DNA of 63,447 nt, filler included. It is 9 parts of 9 records of this genome, joined end to end, with 100 filler letters (N's around TTAATTAATTAA, not from the genome) between each part and the next. Parts side by side here need not be neighbours in the genome. Positions count along the whole stretch, not along the records: positions 7,256 to 12,332 come from SRR31147125_69350; positions 12,433 to 18,211 come from SRR31147125_69462; positions 18,312 to 26,707 come from SRR31147125_69483; 6 more parts are not named here. The stretch is one strand, 5' to 3'. Under the pieces are notes generated by a model that saw only the letters and a program-made list of their open reading frames with translations, had not been told where the DNA came from and did not search any database. The translations under genes and the position numbers were made by a program. Shown piece by piece: positions 10,201 to 20,132 of the stretch (the first letter of the stretch is position 1; the number at the start of each line of letters is the position of its first letter).

Positions 10201-10712
10201 TGTAGGGGCTATCCCAGCTTGTATCGCAACGGCCCGTAGGATCGCAATCGGGACACTCGGAACCACCGCCTTCCACAATACGAACATCGGTCTTCACAGC
10301 TTCCGATCCACGAAGAGAGACTCCGGGATTAAGGTCGAGTGTCACACGAACGGGTGCTCCGGGACCCTCTTGGGTCAGGTGGGCAGCACCCGCAACCTTC
10401 TCCTCAGCACCATAACGAATGGTCTTCCAAGTTTCAATCGGATAGATTTGCTCGTAGTCATCGCAGGAATCTGAGTGGGAATTCTTGTAAGGACGTTGAA
10501 ACGGACGGTCACGGAAACAACGTACATGGCGACGGTGGAGAAATATCATCCGGTGCCGTTGGGGGATCATACGTACGTGGGGCCTGGCTCCATACCATAA
10601 CCAGCCCCGCCAAGAGAATACAGGCGGCAATCTGGGGATGACAGAACAAACGAACGAATGAGCACATGACGAGAAGGAGCAAAGTCAAAAGATCACACAC
10701 CCGAAGGTCCAT
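7271..10712 (-). CDS. Eukaryotic 15-exon gene (gene A): secreted Cys-rich multidomain protein of 881 aa with signal peptide, two HVSCSD repeats, five CGNG/CGDG..ECD repeats and a C-terminal GDPH/VWD-like domain
   Basis: Hand-spliced exons (minus strand): 10712-10701, 10631-10526, 10470-9374, 9322-9103, 9052-8948, 8882-8842, 8784-8686, 8637-8431, 8377-8275, 8218-8189, 8132-8020, 7957-7868, 7811-7700, 7646-7553, 7487-7271. Total 2646 nt in one open frame; all 14 introns are GT..AG, 48-69 nt. The first intron is in-frame and stop-free, so the extreme N-terminus is less certain. Confidence 0.85.
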
Positions 10713-10957
10713 GCGCAATGATGTGAAATGTGGAAGAACAACTAAGGGGGAAGAAGAGGGGGAGGAGTCCAAGTCAGGGTCACGGCGTTCTGTACGAAGC
10801 AGCAAGTGCAGTGATTACGCAGTGGGTGTAGTGTGTGCACGAGAAGCGTGTCCTCCTCCTCCCCCCATCCATTCCATCAACCACCCAACGTACCGGAAGA
10901 AGGAGAGAGGAAAGTGGATCTACCAGAAGACAAACCGAACATAGTACATTTTAGTTT

Positions 10958-11119
10958 CCAAAAAAGGGTCCTCCATGTCCTGATATGGGAACCGTTCATG
11001 TCTTCCACCACGCCATGCCTCACGCGCACAATGATGGAGAGAGTGAAGCGCAATGCGTAGGAAGCACACGGAGAAATATGGAAGATTTCCTCTTATGGGC
11101 AGGCTCCTTCCATATATGG
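10958..11119. promoter_or_regulatory. Four CArG-type boxes in a bidirectional promoter
   Basis: CCAAAAAAGG 10958-10967, CCTGATATGG 10979-10988, CCTCTTATGG 11089-11098, CCATATATGG 11110-11119; each pair is spaced 21 bp start-to-start. Confidence 0.6.
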
Positions 11120-11336
11120 AAGACTTGTGTTGGACTCGGTCCTCGGGTTCTACGATGTGTCTATGGAAGGAAGGGATGATGTGAATCCATGCAAATGAAG
11201 GAGGGAGGAGTGTTCGAGAGTCATCTTGTGTGTTGAAGAATGCTCCAAGACCTAAACTCCGATCGTTGGGTCTCAGTTCCATCCCCTCTTCCTCTCCTCC
11301 CGTCTTCTTCCCTTTCCTGCCACACCGCACCACACC

Positions 11337-12332
11337 ATGCCACTGAATTGGGTATGTGGGATGTTTGTGTGCACACTGCTCCCCGGGGTTCACGTGTTTC
11401 ACGCTTCAACACGGCTTGGGGTTCACACCTTCTCACACACCTTCTACAACTGCATGCAGGCCGTCTGTGCCGTACTTCTTCTTGCACCTGTCACCCTCGC
11501 ACTTAGCGTTAAGGAGGGTACGTGGAATATTCGAAGGGTTGTGGCATGTAGGTCCTCACACCTCCCCATCTCCTTTCCCCCTGTCTACGTCTGGTCTCTT
11601 AGATGTCTGCGCCTCATTCCCTGCCGAGGGGATGTCCATGACGCGTTCCATCTACTACGGAGACTACCAACCTGCCGGGAGCGTTACACTCACGCAAGAG
11701 GCTCCTGGTGTCCCAATCCGTGTATCCTGGGCCCTCAACGCCAATGTTCGTCTATCACGAGACCGCGTTTATTATCTGGGAGTGCACAAGGGCGACCCGG
11801 CAATTCACGCAGAAGCCATGGTCATGTCGGATTTGGCGGGCGGCGAGTGTCCCCAATGCAGCCCCGATGGATATTGTGGAGGATACAGCAGTTGCCCTGT
11901 TGAGCAGGCAGGATATCCCAACGTGGAACACTTTGACTTCAGCTGGCCCCAGTTCCCGTCTTGCCCATCGTCCGGACGAGGATCCTACTACAGCATCTCC
12001 TTTGGTTCCGCAGGAGTTGTAGAAGGATCAAACTTCCCAGGTGGCTCAGGATACACGGGGGAGTCGGATGAGGTGTGTACGGATGGATGGGTGTAGCACG
12101 GGAATATGTAACACAAGTGCTTCAGGCCGCAATGCCCGAGGATGAAGCACTCAGCGACAATGTCGTTGTGGATTGTTCCGACAAATTCCATCTTAACGAA
12201 CTACCCGACCACATAGATTACGGGTGGGGAGAGAAAAAGGCTCCCACTAGGTCTGTGGATATGTTTCCAATCGATGCCTACTCCATGACGCGGTGCAAGT
12301 ATGGAAATATCCGCAGCGTATGTGACTCCCCC
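11337..12332 (+). CDS. Eukaryotic intron-containing secreted protein (gene B), paralogue of gene A, 3'-truncated
   Basis: Exons 11337-11351, 11460-11517, 11603-12072 and 12126 to the contig end (GT..AG introns of 108, 85 and 53 nt; alternative start at ATG 11454). Signal peptide AVCAVLLLAPVTLA; AGSVTLTQEAPGVPIRV aligns with AGAAHLTQEGPGAPVRV of gene A. Confidence 0.8.
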
Positions 12333-12432
12333 NNNNNNNNNNNNNNNNNNNNNNNNNNNNNNNNNNNNNNNNNNNNTTAATTAATTAANNNNNNNNNNNN
12401 NNNNNNNNNNNNNNNNNNNNNNNNNNNNNNNN
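12333..12432. other. Artificial contig linker
   Basis: N44-TTAATTAATTAA-N44. Confidence 0.99.
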
Positions 12433-13533
12433 CTGCAGGCCGCGGTTGGTGTATTTTTTGGCTATCGAAACAACCAGGCGCAGGTTCGCTTCGATCAGCT
12501 CCGCCTTCGCTTTCTTGGCAATCCACTCACCTTTGTAGACTTCCTTCAGATACTCGAGCAGGTCAGCCGGCTCGAAACCGGATTCCTCCTTAACTCGCCT
12601 GAACTTCCGCTCTGCAGCCTGAAGTCTCTTCTCGACCGACAGGAGGACATCACCGGCAACGCTTAACTCTTCAGCGACCGCATGGGCTTCCTCGTCGCTC
12701 TGACGCATACGTGTCAGGTAATCACCGATTTCACCGTGGGGACGACTGACCTTCTTCTCGCAATCGGCAATCTCAGCCTGCCCTTTCTTGACCTGATTCC
12801 CCATCTCCTTAAGACGGTCAACGATTTTCGCGACCTGGAAATCCTTCAAGCGGACTTCGCGCAGCAACTCAATCATCTGCTCGCGAGCCTCAGCTTCCTT
12901 CTTTTCCAGTGACGTCCGCTTACGCTTGGTCAACTCACCCTGCAGTTCCTCAAGAATCTGGTTGAGCTTTTCATCAAGCGGGCCCAGCTTGGTCTGCAAT
13001 TCCAGAAGGCGCTCACGCTGTTTCCCTTCGGCCTCTCCACCCTCTTCATCATCATAATCACGGGTGATATCGGACACACCGATCTGTCCTTTTTCCAGGC
13101 GCGTGAACAACTGCATCACCTCACGAGCAGCGATCGGCGTACGCATGACAACCTTGGTCACCAACGCCTCACCCTCTTCGATCCTCTTGGCGATTTCAAC
13201 TTCGCCTTCGCGGGTCAGAAGAGCCACCTGCCCCATTTCACGCAGGTACATACGAACCGGGTCACTGGTTCGCCCAAGGGTCCCGGCTTCCAGCTCGACT
13301 TCGTTCTCATCCTCGTCGTCGGACTCCTCGTCCTTCGAGTTGGGCACCTTGTTGTCGGAGTCAACAATTTCGATATCCATCTCACCGAACATGCTCATGA
13401 CGTCTTCAAGCTGTTCCGACGACACCATACTCGCCGGCAACATGTCATTGACTTCATCATAGGTCAGGAATCCTTTTTCCTTCCCCATGTCGATGAGTTG
13501 CTGAACCTCTTCCGGATTTGTCTTTTTCGCCAT
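12433..13533 (-). CDS. rpoD: RNA polymerase primary sigma factor, 3'-truncated
   Basis: Region 1.1 GKEKGFLTYDEVND, region 1.2 DPVRMYLREMG, region 2 LIEANLRLVVSIAKKYTNRGLQ. Confidence 0.97.
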
Positions 13534-13631
13534 TACGTTCCGTTCTCCTCTGCCTTATGAATATATATGCAGACTTATATTCTCACTAAGTGTAACCGCT
13601 TCATCAGATTTTTAAACCGCCTTACGTCGTT

Positions 13632-15459
13632 TTATTGACTGCGATTCCTGATTTTCTGCTGAAGTTCGGACAATTCATATCGATATTGGTCAGCTTTCGC
13701 GCTGTCACCACTCTGGTCCGCTTCAGGAATCAGTCTCTTCTGCAACTTTTCCACTTCCTGCTTGAGTCGCTTCTCTTTCAGTTTCCAAAGGCAATCGTCC
13801 ATCGCCTGGTTGATCGAATCTCCGAACTCCTGCGCATCGCCATTATTCAGACGAGCCAGCAACGCGTCCTGATCGGGAGTTAACGATTTTGCACTCATCA
13901 CCCCCGGCTTCGGCCTCTGTTAACAGAACCGACAAAGCCTGTGCGTCCGGATGTGTCAGCATTTCCGCGGCATCGCTTGCGACGAAGCGGTTTCGCGCTT
14001 TTTCACTGCACGCCAGCAGGCGCAGCAGGGTCTCTTCCGGCCGACTCATTTTCGGAGCTACGGCCACCGGAACAGCCTCATGCGGAACCTGGAGATCAAC
14101 GGGCTCATAAGGAGCGTAAGCATCTTCCGGCGGTGGCGGGCTGGAAGGCTCGTAAGCTGGCTTCCGCTCGCGCGGCTGCGGCTTTTTCTGCTTCAGGGTC
14201 TCAAGATCAATGCCGCTGCGCTGGGCCAGATCTTTCAGATACAGGTCCTGCTCCAGTGTGCTGTTCAACTCATGAATCTGCTGCAATACCGTTTCAACCG
14301 CGGCGGCTTTGTCTTCAATCGTGTCGGCGCCGGCCAGGCAATCTTCCATGAACACGTCCATCACTGGCCTGGCCGCGTCCAAGCGTTCTGAAAAAGCATC
14401 CGGCCCCTGTTTCTGAACAAACGAGTCAGGGTCTTCTCCCGCCGGCAGGGTAATCACAACCGCCGTAACCGCTGCCTCCTGCAGGACGCGCATCGCTTTG
14501 AAGGTTGCCTGTTTACCCGCCTCGTCCTGATCAAAGAGCAGCACAACCCGCTTGACGTAACGTTTGAGCAAACGCGCATGGTCCGCCGTCAGTGCGGTTC
14601 CACAGGTGGCAACCACCTGCTGAAACCCGGCCCGATAAAGAGCCAGCTGGTCGAAGTATCCTTCAACCAGAATGACCTCATTGGTCTTACGCATCGCCTG
14701 ACGCGCCTGATACAAGCCAAAGAGAACCCGACCCTTATGATAGATCGGCGACTCGGGCGAATTGATATATTTTGGCTTGCCCGCATCCAGAACGCGCCCG
14801 GCTAACGCGACGACCCGCCCCGAAACGTCGTAGATCGGGAACATCAGGCAGCCGCGGAACAGATCGTAGTCGCCACGGTTCTGCTTCCCCGGGCGGATCA
14901 GCCCGAGGCTGCGAACATCATCGGCCTGACATCCCTTTTCTTCCAGGTGCTGTTTGAGCCCTTCCCAGGAATCCGGGGCGAAGCCGATCTGATATTCCGT
15001 CGCCGCTTTGCGCCCATACCCCCTCTGTTTCATGTACGCTCGCGCCGGTTCACCCGCGGGCTCGTCCATCAGAATCTGATGAAACCAGGTCGCAGCGAGC
15101 TCATTGACATCAAATAGCCGTTCCCGCTGTTTCCGTCGCTGATCTTCCTCCGGTGACGGAGGGCGCTCTTCAATGGTAACACCAACTTCCGCCGCCAAAC
15201 GCTTGCAGGCGTCCCGAAAGCCGAGGCCTTCAAAATGCATCAACAGTGAAATCGCATCGCCGCCAGCACCACAGCCGAAGCAGTGATAGCGCTGCCGCGA
15301 ACTGTTCACGTTGAACGATGGCGTCTTCTCACTGTGAAACGGACAGCACCCCATGTTGTTGACACCGGTCCGCTTGAGCGTCATGTAGCGCGACGCGAGC
15401 TCGACGATATCGACCCGATCAAGGATCTGCTCAATCGTTTCGTCCGGGATAAGCGCCAT
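13632..15459 (-). CDS. dnaG: DNA primase, with a frameshift near the 3' end
   Basis: CHC2 zinc finger CPFHSEKTPSF..HCFGC, KYINSPES, TOPRIM VEGYFD and FDQDEAG; the C-terminal helical domain continues in another frame after the C5 run at 13901-13905. Confidence 0.93.
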
Positions 15460-17837
15460 CAGTTCCCCAGTTCGACAATGGTGATATTTTCACCACCCTG
15501 ATCCGCCGGAGCCGCATAAAAAGCCGTGATCGTCTTCTGTTCTGCCAGAAACTCACGAACCGCCCGGCGTAAAACCCCCTCACCTGAACCATGAACAATC
15601 TCAACCTGCGGCAGACTGTGCAGCAGGGCATCGTCAATAAACGGACCGAGCTTCGCGAGCGCGTCTTCCACCCGGAAGCCGACCAGCTTCAACTGCGAGC
15701 TCACGGTTCGTTCAGCCAGGGTCCGCGTCACCTGCCCGGAGCGCTTCTGCTCTTCGGCGAAGCGGCGCGGCTGAAACTGTTCAAGCGCCCGTAAAGGTTG
15801 ACGCATCCGCTTTCCACCAACCATCAACTCAACATTGTCGGCCGCGGCTTTGACCACTTGCGCCTCAACTCCCAGAGCTGCAATTTTAACCAGTTCACCC
15901 GCCTGAAGCTCAACAGGAACCTGACGACTTCGTCGGCTCTTCGGCTTAAACGGTTGCAGACGTTCCCTGCTCTGCTGCAACCCGACCTTATCTTCAACAG
16001 CTTCACGCGGGGTCAGCGCTGTTTTGGCCTTCTTGCGCATCGATTTCATCTGCGCTTCCGTCGTACTGATCAGTTCTTCAGCCTGACGTGCGGCCCGTGA
16101 GAGCACCGCCTGCTTCTTCTCCTTGAGCTGCTGCAGTTGCTGTTTTCTTAACTGCTGCGCAACATCAGCATCCAGCCGTGCCTTCCGGGCCAGATCAAGC
16201 TCTCTTTCCAGCTCTTGCTGCTGGCTGTTCAACTGTGCCAACAGAGCGCTGTGATCATGCTCTTCCTGTCCCAGGTAGCAGACCGCCCCGCTCATGACAT
16301 CTTCCGGCAAACCGAGACGTCTCGCTGTCGTCAGAGCACTACTGGCACCGGGGATGCCATAACGCACCCTGTACGTCGGCGCTAAAGTTTCAGGGTCGAA
16401 CTCAACGGCCGCGTTATCAATCTCCGGGTGTCCATGAGCAAAATGCTTCAACTGCCCCAGGTGCGTTGTCACCAGAGTGCGTGCTCCTGACCGGCAGAGG
16501 CGATCAAGAACCGCCTGAATCAAGGCCGCTCCTTCCGCCGGATCGGTACCGCTTCCTGCTTCATCCAACAGAATCAGAGTTTCCTCATCGGCCTGTTCAA
16601 GAATCCCGCGGATCTTCAGCAGGTGCCCTGAAAACGTCGACAGGCTCTGGGCAATGCTCTGCTCATCCCCGATATCGACATGGAGATGACGGAACAAGTA
16701 CAGTCGGCTGTCCGGGTGGCAGGGCACATGCAAGCCCGAGCGCAGCATCAGCAACAACAGACCGGCCGTTTTCAAGGCCACCGATTTGCCCCCGGTGTTG
16801 GGTCCGCTGATCACCAGCAGCCGCCGATCCGACGGCAAAAGTATATCGATCGGAACGGCCTGATCAGCCTCGAAACGACCCTCTTTCTCCATCAACAGCG
16901 GGTGGCGTGCCTGTTTCAATGCCAGCAGCGGCTCCGCCGACAGCAGTGGTCGACAGCCGTTGTAGGCACGGGACAAACGGGCCGCCGCAAATCGCATATC
17001 GATCCGGGCCAGAATGTCCTGATTTTCCTGCAGCGACCACCCATCCCGCCGAACCAGATCTGCCAGTTGCAACAGGATCCGTCTCTCCTCGCGCTGTTCT
17101 TCACGCAGAAGCTGTTGCAGCTGATTATTCTCTTCCAGAACGCGGGTCGGCTCCAGGTAGAGCGTCTGCCCGCTGGCTGACTCGTCCTGAATAAACCCTT
17201 TCAGCTGCCCACGACAGTCACTCTTCAGCGGAACGACATAGCGCCCGTTACGCTGCGTAATCAGGCGCTCCTGAAAACAGCTTGCATACTGGTCGCTGGT
17301 CAGCAGCTGATCCAGCTGCTGTTTGATCCGACTCCGCGCCTGACGAACCTTGTAGCGTAAATCGCCAAGCTCAAAAGAGGCGCTGTCGAGCAGCTCCCCG
17401 CGCGATCCGATCGAATCCTGAAGCCGTTTTCGCAATTCAGGTAGCGGCGTCATTCCCGCAGCGACAGGCCCGAGGTCCTCGCTTTCCGGGTGAGTCTGAA
17501 ACCAGCGGCGACAATCCTCCATCACCCGCAGCGACTGTAAAACCTTGAGCAGGTCATCCGCCGCAATCAGACTCCCTTCGGCCTGAGCCTGAGCAATCAC
17601 CGACCCGACATCGCAACCGCCCCCCAGCGACGGAAACTGTCCCTGATCAAGAAAAGAGACCGCCTCGTCCACTTCTGACAGGGCTGCGGCAATTGCGTCC
17701 AACTCGACCAGAGGAGTCAACTGAAGCGCCGCCATTCGTCCCGGCTCTGACTGGGTCTGCCCGGACAGAAGGTCTTTCAGGCGATGGTACTCCAAACGTT
17801 GCAGAGCGGAATCGGTACAGATCATCTCACGACTCAA
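15459..17837 (-). CDS. mutS2: MutS2 endonuclease
   Basis: ISGPNTGGKS Walker A, DIGDEQSIAQSLSTFSGH, C-terminal Smr domain IVHGSGEGVLR. Confidence 0.95.
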   Translation of the reverse strand: MSREMICTDSALQRLEYHRLKDLLSGQTQSEPGRMAALQLTPLVELDAIAAALSEVDEAVSFLDQGQFPSLGGGCDVGSVIAQAQAEGSLIAADDLLKVLQSLRVMEDCRRWFQTHPESEDLGPVAAGMTPLPELRKRLQDSIGSRGELLDSASFELGDLRYKVRQARSRIKQQLDQLLTSDQYASCFQERLITQRNGRYVVPLKSDCRGQLKGFIQDESASGQTLYLEPTRVLEENNQLQQLLREEQREERRILLQLADLVRRDGWSLQENQDILARIDMRFAAARLSRAYNGCRPLLSAEPLLALKQARHPLLMEKEGRFEADQAVPIDILLPSDRRLLVISGPNTGGKSVALKTAGLLLLMLRSGLHVPCHPDSRLYLFRHLHVDIGDEQSIAQSLSTFSGHLLKIRGILEQADEETLILLDEAGSGTDPAEGAALIQAVLDRLCRSGARTLVTTHLGQLKHFAHGHPEIDNAAVEFDPETLAPTYRVRYGIPGASSALTTARRLGLPEDVMSGAVCYLGQEEHDHSALLAQLNSQQQELERELDLARKARLDADVAQQLRKQQLQQLKEKKQAVLSRAARQAEELISTTEAQMKSMRKKAKTALTPREAVEDKVGLQQSRERLQPFKPKSRRSRQVPVELQAGELVKIAALGVEAQVVKAAADNVELMVGGKRMRQPLRALEQFQPRRFAEEQKRSGQVTRTLAERTVSSQLKLVGFRVEDALAKLGPFIDDALLHSLPQVEIVHGSGEGVLRRAVREFLAEQKTITAFYAAPADQGGENITIVELGN

Positions 17838-18211
17838 CGTCGAACCATATCGCGGCTGCCGGTAAAAATCACCGTGCCAAGAGTTTTAAAAGGAGGAGCA
17901 AGCTCCGACACGTTCATCCGCGCGCGGACAAACTCCGGCGCCATTGATGAACTGAGCGCCAGAACAAGGATCGACAGGACAACAACCCCCTGCAGAAGAC
18001 CGAAAACAGCCCCTGCCAGACGGTTGAACCCTCCCAGAAAAACAATTTTTACAAAACGGTTCAGAACAAAGCCGATGACCGCAAAACACACAACAACCAG
18101 CAAAAAAATCGCCAGAAAAGAACCCCAGACACACAGCTGGGATGGCAGATCAAACGAATCCTGCACTAACTGGGCAAGAGGCAGATGGAACGTAAAGGCA
18201 AACAGCCCCCC
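17834..18211 (-). CDS. cvpA: CvpA-family membrane protein, 5'-truncated
   Basis: LGGFNRLAGAVFGLLQG motif; directly upstream of mutS2 with a 4-nt overlap. Confidence 0.85.
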   Translation of the reverse strand, partial: GGLFAFTFHLPLAQLVQDSFDLPSQLCVWGSFLAIFLLVVVCFAVIGFVLNRFVKIVFLGGFNRLAGAVFGLLQGVVVLSILVLALSSSMAPEFVRARMNVSELAPPFKTLGTVIFTGSRDMVRR

Positions 18212-18311
18212 NNNNNNNNNNNNNNNNNNNNNNNNNNNNNNNNNNNNNNNNNNNNTTAATTAATTAANNNNNNNNNNNNNNNNNNNNNNNNNNNNNNNNN
18301 NNNNNNNNNNN
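18212..18311. other. Artificial contig linker
   Basis: N44-TTAATTAATTAA-N44. Confidence 0.99.
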
Positions 18312-18341
18312 CATGTGCTCTCCCAGCTGAGCTATGCTCCC
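18312..18341 (-). tRNA. 5' part of a tRNA, probably Val (anticodon lost at the contig end)
   Basis: Minus strand reads GGGAGCATAGCTCAGCTGGGAGAGCACATG (acceptor 5' strand plus D-arm). Confidence 0.8.
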
Positions 18342-18382
18342 TAATGCTGTTTCGCGGCATGTTTCTTGCGGCGACTTTTGAT

Positions 18383-18411
18383 ATTATACAAGAAGGACTG
18401 TGTGTTGTCAA
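18383..18411 (-). promoter_or_regulatory. Consensus sigma-70/sigma-A promoter of the tRNA
   Basis: TTGACA (18411-18406) - 17 nt - TATAAT (18388-18383). Confidence 0.9.
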
Positions 18412-18493
18412 CAGAAATTATTCGAATTCATCAAAGCCCGTCAGCACTTGATATTACAGCATTTTTTGAGCCTTATGTTAATTATTAACAATA

Positions 18494-19363
18494 TTATTTT
18501 TTTCTAAACTCTTCGATTTCCTCCGGAGTAAGCGAATAGACAACGTCACAAAACTGACACGTGACTTCAACCGGCTCGCCCTTATGCCGGATGTCCGCCA
18601 GCTCTTCCTCGCCAATGCTGGCAACAGCCGCCATGACCCGGTCCCTTGAGCAGTAGCAGCGGTATTCAATCGGGGTACGTTCAAGAATTTTGGGCGCAAA
18701 TCCCGCCAGAATCTTGTTAACAAGAGTCTCTGCGTCGGCATCTTTTAAAACATCCGTAACCGGGCCCGTTTGAATAACGTTTTTCTCCAGCGCGTCAATG
18801 AGGTTCTCCGGCGCACCGGGTAAAAGCGCGGCGATATATCCGCCGGCGGCAATGACAGATTGATCCCGGTCAACTAAAACGCCCAGCGCCACAGCCGACG
18901 GCGACTGCTCACTGATGTAAAAGTACCGTGTGAAGTCCTCGGCTATTTCGCCGCTGACGAGCTCGACGCTGCCGATATACGGCTCTTTGAGGTTGAGGTC
19001 CCGGATCACCGTCAGCGTCCCGTTTGTGCCGACAGCCGCGCCGACGTCGAGTTTTCCGTTCGGTTTTCTTGGGATGTCCACGCACGGGTTTTGAACATAT
19101 CCCCTTACGTTGCCGCTGCTGTCCGAGATGGCGATAATATTCCCCAGCGGCCCGCCGCCGGAGATACGCACCGTCACGGAAGCCTTTGGGTCCTTGAGGG
19201 GATGCCCGATCATTGAGGCCGCCGCCATCGTGCGTCCAAGTGCCGCTGTAGCGACCGGCAGCGTCTTATGGATGTTACGCGCAAACTCTGTTATATCGCG
19301 CGTCGTAACAGCTGATATCTGAATAAAGCCGTCTTCTGAGACGGCTCTGATGATTTCGTCCAT
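18494..19363 (-). CDS. hslO: Hsp33 redox-regulated chaperone
   Basis: ATAALGR, SGEIAEDF..SEQ and Zn motif CYCSR...CQFC. Confidence 0.95.
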   Translation of the reverse strand: MDEIIRAVSEDGFIQISAVTTRDITEFARNIHKTLPVATAALGRTMAAASMIGHPLKDPKASVTVRISGGGPLGNIIAISDSSGNVRGYVQNPCVDIPRKPNGKLDVGAAVGTNGTLTVIRDLNLKEPYIGSVELVSGEIAEDFTRYFYISEQSPSAVALGVLVDRDQSVIAAGGYIAALLPGAPENLIDALEKNVIQTGPVTDVLKDADAETLVNKILAGFAPKILERTPIEYRCYCSRDRVMAAVASIGEEELADIRHKGEPVEVTCQFCDVVYSLTPEEIEEFRKK

Positions 19364-19391
19364 AGTGACCCTTTCTTTACCTTACCGCTTT

Positions 19392-20132
19392 TCACAGCGG
19401 CTTCTTCGCCGTTATAAATAGCCGGCGCTCTCCGCTTGCCGGCGCATCAATCGTCAAGTCCCCGAAAAGCTTCACTTCAGTGAAACCCGCACTGTCCAGC
19501 AGTGTCTCCAGTTCGGACGGCTCGTATGCGTATTCGGCATACTCTTCCCTGTTTCGCACCCATTGATCCCGCACCCGCGTAAAAATATCCATATCATAAA
19601 AGCAGGCGTTTAGAGCTTCGTCAAATTCTGCGCGCCAGACGCAGTAAATATCATCTGTCTCGTCGAGAAAGATTTCCCCATCCAGTTTTTTCAGAGCCTC
19701 CGGCGTTAAAATATCAAATATAAATAAACCGCCCGGCTCAAGAAAGAGCCGGACGCGCCGCAACGCCTCAGGTAGCAGGTCCGGCGGCACATGATTTATA
19801 CCGTCGAGCGCGCAAATAACGGCGTCTACCGTACCGTACAGATCCAGGCCCTCCATTGGCTGGTGAATAAACATCGGCAGTTTCTCATAGCCAGCCGCTT
19901 TTTCGGCGGCGACGGCGAGCATTTCAGCCGATGCGTCCGCGCCGATCATCTCGTAGCCACGCTCGGATAAAAGACACGTGAGCGTACCCGTGCCGCAAGC
20001 CAGATCGAGCACCGTTTTAACGCGCACGTTTTGCCGGGCAAACAGCGCTTCATAATAATCGGCCATTTGCCGGTAGGGCACATCGTGCGTTAAACTGTCG
20101 TAGGCCTCAGCCAGCGCATCATAAGCGCTCAC
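19392..20132 (-). CDS. Class I SAM-dependent methyltransferase (YqeM-like)
   Basis: VLDLACGTG motif I; LEPGGLFIFD. Confidence 0.9.
   Translation of the reverse strand: MSAYDALAEAYDSLTHDVPYRQMADYYEALFARQNVRVKTVLDLACGTGTLTCLLSERGYEMIGADASAEMLAVAAEKAAGYEKLPMFIHQPMEGLDLYGTVDAVICALDGINHVPPDLLPEALRRVRLFLEPGGLFIFDILTPEALKKLDGEIFLDETDDIYCVWRAEFDEALNACFYDMDIFTRVRDQWVRNREEYAEYAYEPSELETLLDSAGFTEVKLFGDLTIDAPASGERRLFITAKKPL

Noticed and set aside
9008-10474. Long alternative ORFs (9008-9880 +, 9064-9972 -, 9950-10474 +) in contig 2
   Set aside because: Shadow frames of the large exon of gene A; no motifs, and the spliced model explains the region.
7256-12332. Possibility of a myxobacterial gene broken by errors, or an alternative genetic code
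   Set aside because: Every interruption is a GT..AG segment of similar length whose removal restores the frame and conserved motifs under the standard code.
13895-13910. Programmed frameshift in dnaG
   Set aside because: Simple C5/G5 homopolymer with no slippery heptamer or stimulator, in a dataset with many similar indels.
13632-18211. cvpA-mutS2 placed upstream of dnaG-rpoD as a novel system
   Set aside because: A housekeeping arrangement I associate with deltaproteobacterial genomes; nothing unexplained in the sequence.
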